From Macrostomum lignano (taxonomy: Eukaryota), in the NCBI GenBank assembly GCA_002269645.1, contig NIVC01001297.1, forward strand, positions 1 through 64,000: a stretch of DNA of 64,000 nucleotides, read 5' to 3'. The notes under the pieces are model-generated. The model worked only from the letters and a program-made list of their open reading frames with translations, had not been told where the DNA came from and made no database searches. The translations under genes and the position numbers were made by a program. Positions 48,201 through 59,750 of this stretch are shown here, piece after piece (the stretch's first letter is position 1; each line of letters starts with the position of its first letter).

Positions 48201-49289
48201 GTCTTCCTACCTAAAAGTACAAAAAACTGCTCAAAATGCGCGATTTTTTCACTAAATCCTCCATAGCGCCACTCCACTTCTACCGATCCTCTTCGAATTT
48301 AACACAGATAATCTTAAACTATTTTGGCACAATCATGTAAAATTTCGAGTCTCAAAGTTAATCCTGAGCGGTGCTGTGCACTTTTAAAGTTAGGCTGTTT
48401 TTTTCAGCGTAGCAACCACCCCAACCTTCGCCCGCCTGCCTCTCTTTCCCGATCTGGGCCCAGATGTGTAAAAGGGTTTCAAAATTGACTAACTTTCAGC
48501 TGCCATAAGTTTGCTCCAGGTAAAGCGATTGACTTCAAACTTGACACAATTCTTCATTGACTCATTCTCTATCTAAATGTAAAGTTTCAACTCTGTAACT
48601 CAACCGAAAAAGAAACTGTAAGCATGTGAAGTTTGTCTGCTTTTTATGTGTTTGTGCCACTCACTCACTCATTCCCCCAGAGCCAGACGAAGGGTCAGGC
48701 GATAGGGCTCAATGTACATAGCGAATGTACAGTGTTTTGGAATAACTTTTTAATAGCCTTCTCTGCACCCCCGCGCGAGTGGAGAGGCGTGGAGAGGAGA
48801 GACAGTTTCAGTGGAGATTCAAACCACTGTCCTCTGTATAGACACAAGTCTGCAGCAGTTTAACAGTAGATGGCAAACAGGCAAATCAAGGCGATGCGGG
48901 ATGGTTTGTAAAAATAGCGAAAAATTAATGAATAACTTATTACAATGCAATACTACTCAATTAGTTACACCATGAAGCTTTTAACATTAAGTTTCGCATA
49001 GGGTAACTTTAAAATTTAAATGACTCCTAAGAAATGCGTATTTCCTTGGTTGTTAGACTGCTGCAGAGTGCAGACTGGGTGGTGGAGCTGGAGATACACA
49101 AATTCCTCTCAGGGCTGCTAATTGGCCAGAAAGGTGACGTGATTAAAGCATGAGAAATGATAACCATGATAGTACCGTCCCACAAACTGGCTTTCGAAGC
49201 AGGGATCGGTAGATTTTTTACTCAAAGGCCAGATAAAGAATCCAACTCATGGCTGCGGGCCAGATGAGAGTGAAAAAGAAAAGGAATAG

Positions 49290-49585
49290 ACTATTAGAAA
49301 GAGAGGAAGGGCGAGAGGGGGGTAAGAGAAAATATATAAGATAACAGGAGAGACGAATGGGGTGAGGACGAGGAGAGAGCAGAGAATATGGGAGGAGGAA
49401 GCGAGAGGAGGGGAGACAGGAGGGAGAGGAAAGAGTAGAGGAGAGAAGAGGAAGAGAGAAGAGGGGAGAGATGAGACAGAGGATCGATGAGAGAGGAGAG
49501 TAGAGAAGAGTGAGAAGAGAATAGAGAACAGAGAGGAGATAGGAGGGGAGAGAGGTAGAGAGGAGTGAGAAGAGAGGAGATAAGA

Positions 49586-49621
<36 letters not shown>

Positions 49622-50396
49622 GAGAAAGAAGAGAGGAGAAAGGAGAGATGATAGAGTAAAGGGAAGAAGAGGAGAGAGGAAATAGATGAGATTGTGGAGA
49701 TGAGAGAGATGAAAGGAAATATGAGAGAGTAGAGATAAGAGATGAAGGAAGAGAGAGCAGAGTGCAGAGACAAGAGAAGAGAATAGTGGGGAGAGAGTAT
49801 AGAAGAGGGAAGAGAAAAGGAGTAAGAAGAGAGGATTCAGTAGAGGGGAAAGAGAAGAGTACACAGGAGAGTGGAGAGTAAAGATGACAGAAGAGAGAGG
49901 GGGTAGAGAGCAAAGATGAGAGTGAACGCGATATATGAGAGGAGAGAGGAGAGTGAAGAGAGAAGAGAGAAGACAAGAGAGGGAGAGAATAGAAGAGGGA
50001 AGAGAAGAGAAGGAAAAAAGGAGAAAGGAAAGAGAGGAGTCAAAAGAGGGGAAAGAGAAGAGTACAGATGAGAGAGGTGAGAAAACATACGAGTATAAGA
50101 GAGTAAAGATGGCAGATGAGAGAGGGGGGATGAGAGACCAGAGACGAGAGTGAACAGACGAGAGATGGGAGAGTGGAGAGAAAAAAGGATAGAAATAAGA
50201 GATGAGAGGGGAGACAAGGGAGAGAGAAGTGAGTGAGGAGAGAGGAGGGGAGGGGAGAGAACCGAGAGGACAGGGGAAAGAGGAGAAAGGACGAGAGAGG
50301 AGAGGAAACAGGGAAGAGATTAGAGGAGAAAGAGAGATGGGACAGGAGAGAGCAGAGAGATGAGAGGAGAGAGAGAGGGAGAGAGAGAGAGAGAGG
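49290..50396. repeat. Purine-rich (GA) low-complexity tract, continuing at 52666-53200
   Basis: Almost exclusively A/G on the + strand with (GA)n runs. Confidence 0.95.
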
Positions 50397-50465
50397 AGGG
50401 CGCCTCCAATCTCAGGCACGGACGCGGTACATGTAAAAAGGACAAACAAGTCAAGATGATTTAAG

Positions 50466-50506
50466 TTGCCGATATTTCGAATTAGGTAAATTCTTCGTCA
50501 GGGCAA
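50466..50506 (-). ncRNA. Minimal type I hammerhead ribozyme
   Basis: Minus strand reads TTGCC-CTGACGA-A-GAATT-TACCT-AATTC-GAAA-TA-TC-GGCAA: stem I 5 bp, stem II 5 bp, intact core, loopless stem III. Confidence 0.8.
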
Positions 50507-51111
50507 ATGCAAAGTAGCGACAAGTGGTGTTGTAAAAGTTATTAAATAGGCGGGTTAGAGGGGAGAGAGAGTAGGCAGGTAGATAGAGAGCGTACGGTAT
50601 GTACACTTGGTGTGAGTCGATAAAACACTATTAGAGTTGAAAATGCAAAATAAAAAACAGTGCACAAATAAAGTGAACCGCACGTGGGCTGCAGCGATCC
50701 TACACACGAAATAAATAATGGAATAGTGCGACTGCACCGGTGTCTAAAAAGGGGAAAGAGTGACTCTAAGCACTTTACAAAATTGACCTCAATAAATAAA
50801 TAAGCAGTAAATCAATAAATAAATAAATAAGGTGAAAGGCCCTCAAAAACTTAAAAAAGAGCAATTGTACGATAAGCAAAAGAGTAAAAGTAAAAAGTGT
50901 AATAAAAAGTACAGGGTGTCAAGAAACAATAGAAATGTTGATGCAGAATAAATGCTGAGAATATACAAAAGCTGTGCTTGGGCTAGCGATGAGAATAAAA
51001 AAATTTCTAAGAAAGGAGCAACAAAAGGCTTGGTAGGTACCGGCACGGTCTGACAAAGGTAAGTAGAAGGGAAAGTGAAGTAAAAAATCAAAAGGAAAAA
51101 AATACAAAAAT

Positions 51112-52665
51112 TCAATCAGTGGTGGACTCCAGTCGACTGGGACAGAGCAGCTGCCGGAGGTTCCGCCCTTTGGTGTAGGCGGGCAGCACCGGCGCCTCGC
51201 AGCACCGGGCCACGCGGTCCTTCACCGCGGCCACCAGGGCGTCCGACCTCGCACAATGGGGCAGGATCAGCGGGATGGCCGGGTTGTGCAGCGTGCCGGC
51301 AAGCTCGTTGACGCCGTGCGGGGTTTGAGTCTTTAACACCTCGATGAGCTTGGCCTCGTGGCGCTGCCGCCGCTCGTTCGCTCTGGGTCCCGTGCCGTCA
51401 CGAGACCAGATGCCGGTGAAGGCGAAGTCCGCCAGACTGTGGCCATCACTGGTGAAGTGGCGGGCCACCGGAGTGTCACGGGCGTGCCGGATGTCGCCGA
51501 TGTGCGCCAGCATGCGGCCGCGGATGCTGTTGGCGGTCTCGCCTACGTAGATCGTGTGGTCGCACCGGCGGCAGAACACGGCATAGACGGCGTTGGTGGC
51601 GTTGCAGTCGATCCGCTGACTGATGATGAGCTGGACTGTCGTGGCTGCTGATCCGGGGCAGACGGAGGCGAACCTGGCGTGTGCCTGGCAGCACCTGCAC
51701 AGCCGGGTCGGGTTGCACGGCAGAAAGCCGAATTCCCACCGTCTCGTCGGGTAGAAGCCCAGCTCCGTCAGCATCTCGTACTTGATCGTGCGCAGGAACC
51801 GCCGATTGTAGCCCTGGTGTTGCACCAGACTTGAAAACAGCCCGGTGCACGCTGCGTCGAAATCGGCCATCAGGGAACACCGCCGGGCGTATCTGAGGAG
51901 CTGGGACTTCACCACGCCCCGGAACGTCCGCTTCGGGTGGAAAGAGTCGCGGTGAATGAGCGTTCGGCTGTCGGTCGGCTTAAAATACACCTTAGTTGCC
52001 AGGCGCTTAACGTCACCCTCGCGGTCCCAGAAGACGGTGGTATCCAGGAAGTTGACCTCGGTGCTGCTGTAGCTCAGCTGCAACCTGATGTTCGGGTCGA
52101 GGCAATCCAGGAGCTCGTGGAAGCGGACCAGCTCGTCTCTCGTTCCGTGCCAGACGCCGAAGATGTCGTCGATGTAGCGCAGCCACAGGGCGGGCTTCTG
52201 CGGGCTGAGCTCCAGGCCCCGCTGCTCCCAGTAGCCCATGTAGATGTTACTGTAGCTGGGCGCAAACGATTTTCCCATGGCCGTGCCTTTCACTTGCAGA
52301 AAAAATTTGCCATCGAACTCGAAGTCGTTGCGCTCCAGGTTCAGCTTGAGCAAACTGAGGAGGCTCGCGTCCGGGCGCCGGGCGTCCGGGTGCTCTCTGA
52401 AGGCCCTCTGTACGCACTCGAGTCCGGCCGCGGTCGGGATGTTAGTGTAAAGGCTGGCGACGTCCATGGTGAACAGAAAGGTCTCGCCCCGCGCCGGGCA
52501 GGTGATGTCTCTGATGGCCGCCTGGAAATGATCGGTATCCCTGATGAAGCTGGGCAGCTGGATGGCGATCGGCTGCAGGAAGCTGTCGATGAAGCGGCCG
52601 CTGGCATATGATTCGCTGTCCACGTCAGACACGATGGGCCGGCCTGGCGGGATGTCGCCGAGCGC
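51112..52665 (-). CDS. PLE reverse transcriptase plus GIY-YIG endonuclease (518 codons, open, 5'-truncated)
   Basis: PPGRPIVS, FTMDVASLYTNIP, GTAMGKSFAPSY, WLRYIDDIF, YFKPTD...SFHP, VYAVFCRRCDHTIYVGET, R...H, E..LIEVLKTQTPHGVN. Confidence 0.95.
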   Translation of the reverse strand, partial: ALGDIPPGRPIVSDVDSESYASGRFIDSFLQPIAIQLPSFIRDTDHFQAAIRDITCPARGETFLFTMDVASLYTNIPTAAGLECVQRAFREHPDARRPDASLLSLLKLNLERNDFEFDGKFFLQVKGTAMGKSFAPSYSNIYMGYWEQRGLELSPQKPALWLRYIDDIFGVWHGTRDELVRFHELLDCLDPNIRLQLSYSSTEVNFLDTTVFWDREGDVKRLATKVYFKPTDSRTLIHRDSFHPKRTFRGVVKSQLLRYARRCSLMADFDAACTGLFSSLVQHQGYNRRFLRTIKYEMLTELGFYPTRRWEFGFLPCNPTRLCRCCQAHARFASVCPGSAATTVQLIISQRIDCNATNAVYAVFCRRCDHTIYVGETANSIRGRMLAHIGDIRHARDTPVARHFTSDGHSLADFAFTGIWSRDGTGPRANERRQRHEAKLIEVLKTQTPHGVNELAGTLHNPAIPLILPHCARSDALVAAVKDRVARCCEAPVLPAYTKGRNLRQLLCPSRLESTTD

Positions 52666-54305
52666 AGAGGGGAGACAAGGGAGAGAGAAGTGAGTGAGGA
52701 GAGAGGAGGGGAGGGGAGAGAACCGAGAGGACAGGGGAAAGAGGAGAAAGGACGAGAGAGGAGAGGAAACAGGGAAGAGATTAGAGGAGAAAGAGAGATG
52801 GGACAGGAGAGAGCAGAGAGATGAGAGGAGAGAGAGGGAGAGAGAGAGGGAAAGAGAGAGGAGAGAACATGCAGAAAGAATGAGAAGAGAGAAGAGAGAA
52901 AAGATAAAAGAAGAGAAAGAAGAGATAGATAAGAGAGCAAAGACGAGAGAGAAGAGAGGTGAGGGAAGAGACGATAGAAGAGAGGAGAGAGGAGAGAGGA
53001 AAGAAGAGAAGAGATGAGAGGAGATCCTTGAGAAGGAGAGAGAGGAGAGAGTACAGAGTAGAGAGGAGGGAGGAGAGGAGGGATAAAAGAATAGAGGGGA
53101 GAGGGAATAGACGAGAGAATAGGGGATAGAGGAGAGAGAGAAGAGACAGAGACGAGAGAGAGGAGAGGAAACAGAAGAGAAGATCGAAGTTTCTAAGGAT
53201 CCAAGGGACATAAGGAGAGGCAGAGGCCAGAGTTTGCCTGTTCACAGCACCCCAGCCAACAATATAAATGTTTGCCTCAAATCCTAATTTTTCACGAATG
53301 TACTCTATTTTATGTTTAATTCTAACCTAACTATTAACAAGTTTTTGTTTGAGTTTGACCCTAGATTTTAGAATACGACATACAAGTACATGCAAAAATA
53401 GTTCCAGGGATTGAAATTCCCCGGGTTCAAAATCCGCGGGTTTCAACAGCTTGTTTTCTCTAAATGAGAAGCCGATTTTAGTATACATGGATATCTCCCA
53501 AGCTATTAAAACAGTTAAATTAACAACTTTGTTTTTTAAAGCACTTTTTCCATCTCTAGTAGTGCAAAAAAGTGAAGGGCCTAGGCTGCAAATTAAATTT
53601 GTATTTATACTAATATACTAAATAAGTTAGCTAAAATATCTATAATAAGCTAACAGCTAGAATTGCCTATGGGAAAGAGCATGGTAGACAAAAGGAGTTG
53701 GCTAACTAAAAAATATGAGGCTGAATTGCAAAATAGAAAGTACAAACTTTTGAAAGATAGAAATCTAACATGTATTATTTGATGTGGTATTGTTGCTTGT
53801 TAGGAGTGTTTATGGCCTAAAGGGATGAATTGGTTAGAAAGAGAGGAAGACTAAGCACTTAGACTTATGTTCTTACTGCTAATTAGTTCTTGCTAAGACC
53901 ATTAACCAACCATTAAGTCTATCAACACTATGCTAGGAGGCTGCCCTCGAATTGTTAGGAATTGCTAAAGATAGGAAAAAGTACTTAAAAAACAAAGTTG
54001 CTAATTTTATTGTTTTAATAGCTTGATGTTTATGCATGCAAAAATCAGTTTCTTAAGCAGATAAAATGTAAAAAAAAACACTGAAAAAATAGTTTAATAA
54101 ATGGTTTGAGAAAAATGCCCAAAATGCAAACTATAGGGCCTATCCAATATACTAAATTAGGCCTATTAGGCCAATGTATTTTGTTGTCTTCCATGATAGG
54201 CAAATACAAACTATACTCTATTATTATTATTGTTTATTCTACTATAGTGCTAGTTATTTTTTTAAGAGACTAAGTATAAGCTATAGCTTTGGGTATCACA
54301 TAGCA

Positions 54306-54603
54306 CATACATGCGCAACAGTCGGCCGAGTCGGCCGATCCGGCCGACCGATTTGGCGGCCAATCAAGGAAGTCGCAAAAATGCCCACCCAAAAAATAAC
54401 CTGAAGAGTAGTACTAAGTAGCTGACGAGGCATTTTAGCTTAATAAAACAGTCATAGTTACTCCTGCCGTTTACCCAAAGTTGCGTTAATTTTGCTTTCG
54501 GGTTTTTTTATATGTAAGTCGCATTTTTGGCCAAAAACTACGTCGCATTTTTGTTAAAACTAAGTCGCACGGCTGACCGAATTTTGGAGGTTGCACATGT
54601 ATG
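54306..54603. mobile_element. hAT-type MITE
   Basis: 14-bp TIR CATACATG(C/T)GCAAC; 8-bp TSD ACATAGCA. Confidence 0.85.
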
Positions 54604-55805
54604 ACATAGCATGATTTCCACTAACTTAGAATTTTTTACCATCCTTTTTGCTAGTATATAATTTTATAAAGAGCACTAAATATGAACATGCTTTTGTATA
54701 TACCCATATTAAGGTTAATAGTAAATGTCTGTATTCTCAAAAATAATCACACTAATGCTACCAAGTTATACATATGGTCTTGCCTAGTATTTACAATTTC
54801 ATAGCTGTCAACAAAGTTGTTATAGGGATTTTAAAATAACCATATGCATTTGCTTCTAAGGATTTAATAGCTTAAATTATAGTACATTTCTAGTATAGTA
54901 GCAGTTAAATATATTATGGCCTAAGCAATCTTTTACATATATGTACTAGTTTCAAATCTGGGCACTACCAAGATTAGAGGGTCATAGCACCACTGTTAGT
55001 ATCTCTTTGCATAGGCTTTCAACTCCAACTCTTCTCTAGTATACCTCTTAGGCCCTTAGCACTATTCTCAAGATCTGGCTTTGAAATAAAAAACAACTTT
55101 TTCAAACTTTGATTATTGTTATTAAACCACTCAAGACTTAGCCTATGATATAGGTTGGTTTATTTATAGCAAAACTTGCTCTTATATATAGTTACTTCTC
55201 TGTGCATTTTGTACAATAAACCAAAAAGAAACTTACTTTGATGTCTGGCACAAATTTGATTTTAAAAAAACAATTAAAATATTAGCACTTCTTCATATCA
55301 ATAGAATAACAAAGTCAACCCTGGTGGTGTCAGGTAGAAACTTATATTTTATAATTGGAGCATTGATTTATAGAAATTAATAATCTGATGCCCATGTTTT
55401 TGTTGCCATTTTGGCTCATTTTTTCCAAGTTTTAGTATTTTGTCTCATCCAAATGATTTATTATTGAGGTCGCTGATGTTAGGTATTTGAATTTTTTGAA
55501 ATATCCAATATGTTGATATGTAGAAACTATAATGCTTAACATTTCATTCAATAACCTATAATATACCCTTTAAGAGTCTCAACAGCTTACATTTTTTTCA
55601 TTAGTACTGGGGACTAAATGGGTATAGTACCTGGAGCTGTTATTCAATTATAGATGTTTGAGTGACACTTTTCTGTTATCTTAACCTTTAATATTGATTT
55701 TTGTCTTTCTAAATTGTTTTCCAATTCTGTCTAGCTAGCAAAGAAATACCCAGTCCAAACCAAGCCAAGTACTGCCTGTGGACATTAGAAGGTCATACAT
55801 AGGCT

Positions 55806-56060
55806 ATGGCTAGCGGCGGCGACTGCCCAGATGAAAATCAGTTTAACTTCAATACTGAGGGCATTCCCGACATACCGGTGCGCGACTCGGCCGAAGCTGA
55901 AGAGTCCGGAGGAGGCGACTCGGAGGGGGACCATCCGCTGACTCCGCGCGTGTTCTGCGAGCCAGAGAGCCCGCCAGACACCGAAGAGAATGTTCGACGC
56001 CAAACTGACACTGTGTTTCAAGCATTCGTGTTTGAGCGGTACACGCGGGACAGGGAGCAG
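55806..56060 (+). CDS. BAK1: BAK-like Bcl-2 family effector, exon 1
   Basis: EENVRRQTDTVFQAFVFERY resembles BAK helix 1 (EEQVAQDTEEVFRSYVFYRH); donor CAG|GTGAGC, phase 0. Confidence 0.85.
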
Positions 56061-56136
56061 GTGAGCGGACGTCTATGGCTTGCTGTATCAAAATTCAAAT
56101 CCCCATGTTGAAATCCCAGGTTTGTTACTTTATATG

Positions 56137-56540
56137 GAGCACTGCATGCTGAATTCCCACATAGAATTCCACACCATGCCAGCACTGCATGCTGAATTCC
56201 CACATAGAATTCCCCACCATGCCAGCACTGCATGCTGAATTCCCACATAGAATTCCCCACCATGCCAGCACTGCATTCTGAATTCCCACATAGAATTCCC
56301 CACCATATTAGCACTGCATGCTGATTTCCCACATAGAATTCCCCACCATGCCAGCACTGCATGCTGAATTCCCACAAAGAATTCCCCACCATGCCAGCAC
56401 TGCATGCTGAATTCCCACAAAGAATTCCCCACCATGCCAGCACTGCATGCTGAATTCCCACAAAGAATTCCCCACCATGCCAGCACTGCAAGCTGAATTC
56501 TCACAAAGAATTCCCCACCATATTAGCACTGAATTCCCGC
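56137..56540. repeat. 43-bp minisatellite in BAK intron 1
   Basis: CAGCACTGCATGCTGAATTCCCACATAGAATTCCCCACCATGC. Confidence 0.95.
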
Positions 56541-56549
56541 CATCTGCAG

Positions 56550-56951
56550 GGCCGCTTGCAGCCGGGCGCGCCCAGCTCGCCTGAGCTCATCCTGCCGCCA
56601 GCCGATCCGCTCTCAGTCGAGGCCGGCATCGGTCGTCGCCTAGCCGAAATCGGCGACGAGATTCAACAGCGCTACCAGCCGGAATTCGACGAGATGATCA
56701 AATCTTTGGACGGCCAGCTGACTGACCCCGCCAGCTCGTTCGATACATTCCGCCGAGTAGCTCGCCGCCTGTTCCACGACGGCTCCATCAACTGGGGCCG
56801 CATTGTTGCCCTGTTCTGCTTCGGCTATCGAATCGCCGTGGAGAAAATTCGCAGAGGCGTCTCAGGATTTCTGCGCAACGTTGTGCAATGGATCTTCAGA
56901 TTCTTAGTTCAGGAGCGCATCGCCAGGTGGATCGCCGATCACGGCGGATGG
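56550..56951 (+). CDS. BAK1: BAK-like, exon 2 (BH3, BH1, BH2)
   Basis: IGRRLAEIGDEIQQRY, LFHDGSINWGRIVALFCFGY, IARWIADHGGW; CTGCAG acceptor and GTGAGC donor. Confidence 0.93.
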
Positions 56952-57213
56952 GTGAGCATCTGGTTATGATCTATGTGATCTATATGATCTACTATTTAAT
57001 GGAGAATACACTATTTTCTGTTTCCCAAAAAGCTACCGACTGACTCTATAAAGGCTTGCATTGACTTATATCGTTAAACAAAATATAAATTCAACTTAAG
57101 CTATGCTCTTTTAATAAAAGCCTTCGGCTCAACGCTGAATCAATGCATAAAACACAACACGCATAGATACTATCACAATATACTAAATCTCTAAGGTTTG
57201 ACCGGTATTCCAA

Positions 57214-57718
57214 TCTATATACTAAAAATGAACCTTAATATACTATAAACTGGGGTACAAGCTTTCCTTTTGCCCGCTTGTGTCTTTGACTTTGATCTCT
57301 CTCCTTACTGCTCTCCCATTGGCTGAGCCAGATTGGGCCTGCCCCCAAGGCTGACTTTGATCTCTCTTCTTACTGCTCTCCCATTGGCTGAACCAAATTG
57401 GGCTTGCCCCCAAGGCTGACTTTGCTCTCTCCTTACTGCTCTCCTATTGGCTGAGCCAAATTGGGCTTGCCCCCAAGGCTGACTTTGCTCTTTCCTTACT
57501 GCTCTCCTATTGGCTGAGCCAGATTGGGCCTGCCCCCTAGGCTGAGTTTCGTCAGTCACTATCACTTGTGTTATCGAGTTAAATGCTTGTTGTTCGTTCT
57601 TAGCCCATATGCTCCTCGGGCCACAAACCCCGAAGAAGGAAAGGTAATTTTAGCTGACACATTAAATTAAAGTGACACTGCGCAAAGAAACTACTTAAAA
57701 TAAGTAGACGCAATCTAA
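57214..57718 (+). mobile_element. Putative non-autonomous Helitron in BAK intron 2
   Basis: A|TCTATATACTAAAAATG start; hairpin CTACTT-AAAAT-AAGTAG followed by CTAA|T end; internal ~63-bp x4 repeats. Confidence 0.6.
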
Positions 57719-57827
57719 TTAGCATTTGCTTAAAGCTACATTTATGTGTCTATGAGATAAGGCCATCTCGTCAATTCAACATTTGCACTCAGCCAACATT
57801 CGATTTTCTCCGCTCCTCCACCCGCAG

Positions 57828-57938
57828 CGCTCGGTGACTCACATGGCCATCCAGACCCTGGACATGCCTCTGCTGATGGGTCTGTGCGCCCTAGCCGCCT
57901 CGCTCTGCTTCGTTGCCTACCGCCTGTCACGTCGTTGA
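57828..57938 (+). CDS. BAK1: BAK-like, exon 3 (C-terminal membrane anchor; not in the ORF track)
   Basis: CCCGCAG acceptor, phase 0; RSVTHMAIQTLDMPLLMGLCALAASLCFVAYRLSRR*, a hydrophobic tail with basic end. Confidence 0.8.
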   Translation, partial: RSVTHMAIQTLDMPLLMGLCALAASLCFVAYRLSRR

Positions 57939-59329
57939 AACCTGGCACATTCTGTCGGGCTGTCTGATTGAGTCCGTCTGTCGCCATTTGCCACTATATG
58001 ACTTATAGTAGTAGCCAAGTTCTGCAAACAGTGTACTTGCGCTTCCCCCACAAGTTTTAGCACCAGCTTGCCAATTTGCATCCTGTGGGATTTCCGTCTC
58101 TTTTGTAAATTCATTTTGCTAATTGGCTATTTCAACACATTCCGCCCCTATTCTTCCTTTCTGCCCCTATTCCCCTTTACTGACCCTATGATTCCCATTT
58201 CCGCTTCTATTCCTCGTTTTCAATCCCTATTCTTCTTGTCCGCCTCTGTTCTTTCCCCTGTTCTCTCCCTTTCCGCCCCTGTTCTCTCCCTTTCCGCCCC
58301 TGCTCTACTCCTTTCCGCCCCTGTTCTCCTCCTTTTCCGCCCCGTTCTCCTTCCCGCCCCTAATACTGTAGTCCTTAAATAAGTATTAGCTATTGCCAAT
58401 GCTTACACAAAAGCCTGGTTAATCCTGTTATTAAAATGTTGACAATTTACAAGCCGTGGCTATTAAAATTTCTTATAAATTAATAATATTCTATACCAAC
58501 CCCAGTTTATAAACAAAGTTCCGGCTTGTGGTGCAGCCACTTGTGCAATAACAACAGCCCAGAGAATGCAGAGGCATTGCTGCTGTATTAAAACTGCTTT
58601 ACTTTTAAAAATTTACTTACTTTTTAAATAAATTAAATAAACAAGTTTTAATGCTATTCTTTGTTGAGTTTTCTTAGCTTAAGTTTTGTTTAATTTTTTG
58701 TTTAATAATCTTAAACTAATTAATATCAGATCTTCATTTGGTTTATTAATTATTTATTACTCAAACCCTTTATTGCAATGTGATTTCGGCTTACGCGCTT
58801 AGCTTTAAAAGCTTTCAAGTTTGCGCTGTTAATTAGAATCAATAATTTTCCCAGTGGCTTATAGCACCTGTACCTGTACGATAACTATGACTCATCTACT
58901 TATCCAGGCATCCAAGCAATTCCTTTATTGCTAGCTCATTTTTTATTGTAATTATCAACCCGTTTACTATTATAAGTAGTTGGTTTGCCTTGTCTTTATG
59001 TAGTTTCGTACGAATCGGTATAAATTTGAGCTGTCTGTAAAAAGAACAAAATATATCTGTGTAAAACCTGATCGCATTCTGTTTGATGTCACCTTATGGC
59101 TCTCGCGTTGCCAAGTTATTGTACCGAAAGTTACCCACGAATTTTTTCATTGCTTTCTATATGTATATTGTCTATTCCTATTTTGATTCTGATTATTAGA
59201 GAACGGGGCAATATAAGAGTGTGCGCACCTTGCAGTGTATTTCTGTGTCAACAGGGGAGATGCAGAGCAGGGGATAAGGAGCGCTGTTGGTTAAGAAATG
59301 AGGAAAGGGGGAAGTAAGAACAGAAAGGA

Positions 59330-59680
59330 GAGAGTAAGAGCTGAGGGGAGAGGGTAAGAGCTGAGGGGAGAGGGTAAGGGCTGTGGGGAGAGGGTGAGGG
59401 CTGTGGGGAGAGGGTGAGAGCTGTGGGGAGAGGGTGAGAGCTGTGGGGAGAGGGTGAGAGCTGGGAGCTGAGAGGGTAAAAAACAGAAATGAGAGGGTTA
59501 GAGTTGAGGTGAGAGGATAAGAACATTGCGGAAAGGGTAAGAACAGAGCGGAGAGGGTAAGAACATTGCGGAAAGGGTAAGAACAGAGCGGAGAGGGTAA
59601 GAACCTAGTGGAGTGGATTAGAACATGCGGAGGGTAAGAACAGAAGGGAGAGGGTAAGATCGGAGGTGGGAGTGAAATAT
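59330..59680. repeat. G/A-rich ~20-bp tandem repeat
   Basis: GAGCTGTGGGGAGAGGGTGA units. Confidence 0.85.
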
Positions 59681-59750
59681 ATCGGATCAGACAAAAGAGC
59701 TGCAATAAATAAGAGGTTCTATTAAAATTCACATAGCGAAAGTAAAAGAG

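Larger units (their letters stand above)
50397..52665 (-). mobile_element. 5'-truncated Penelope-like retroelement (Neptune-like Zn finger, GIY-YIG)
   Basis: RT, endonuclease, ~700-nt 3' region with a hammerhead; flanked by an ~190-bp direct repeat. Confidence 0.95.

Noticed and set aside
49218-50449. Long S/L/F-rich ORFs (252, 400, 159 aa)
   Set aside because: Low-complexity artefacts of the GA tract.
52666-53211. N-terminal ~180 aa of the 699-aa ORF (Ser/Leu-rich)
   Set aside because: This is translation of the CT-rich strand of the purine tract, which lacks stops by composition. PLE homology starts only at 52665.
56018-56529. Repetitive MQCWHGGEF ORFs antisense to BAK
   Set aside because: 43-bp intronic minisatellite.
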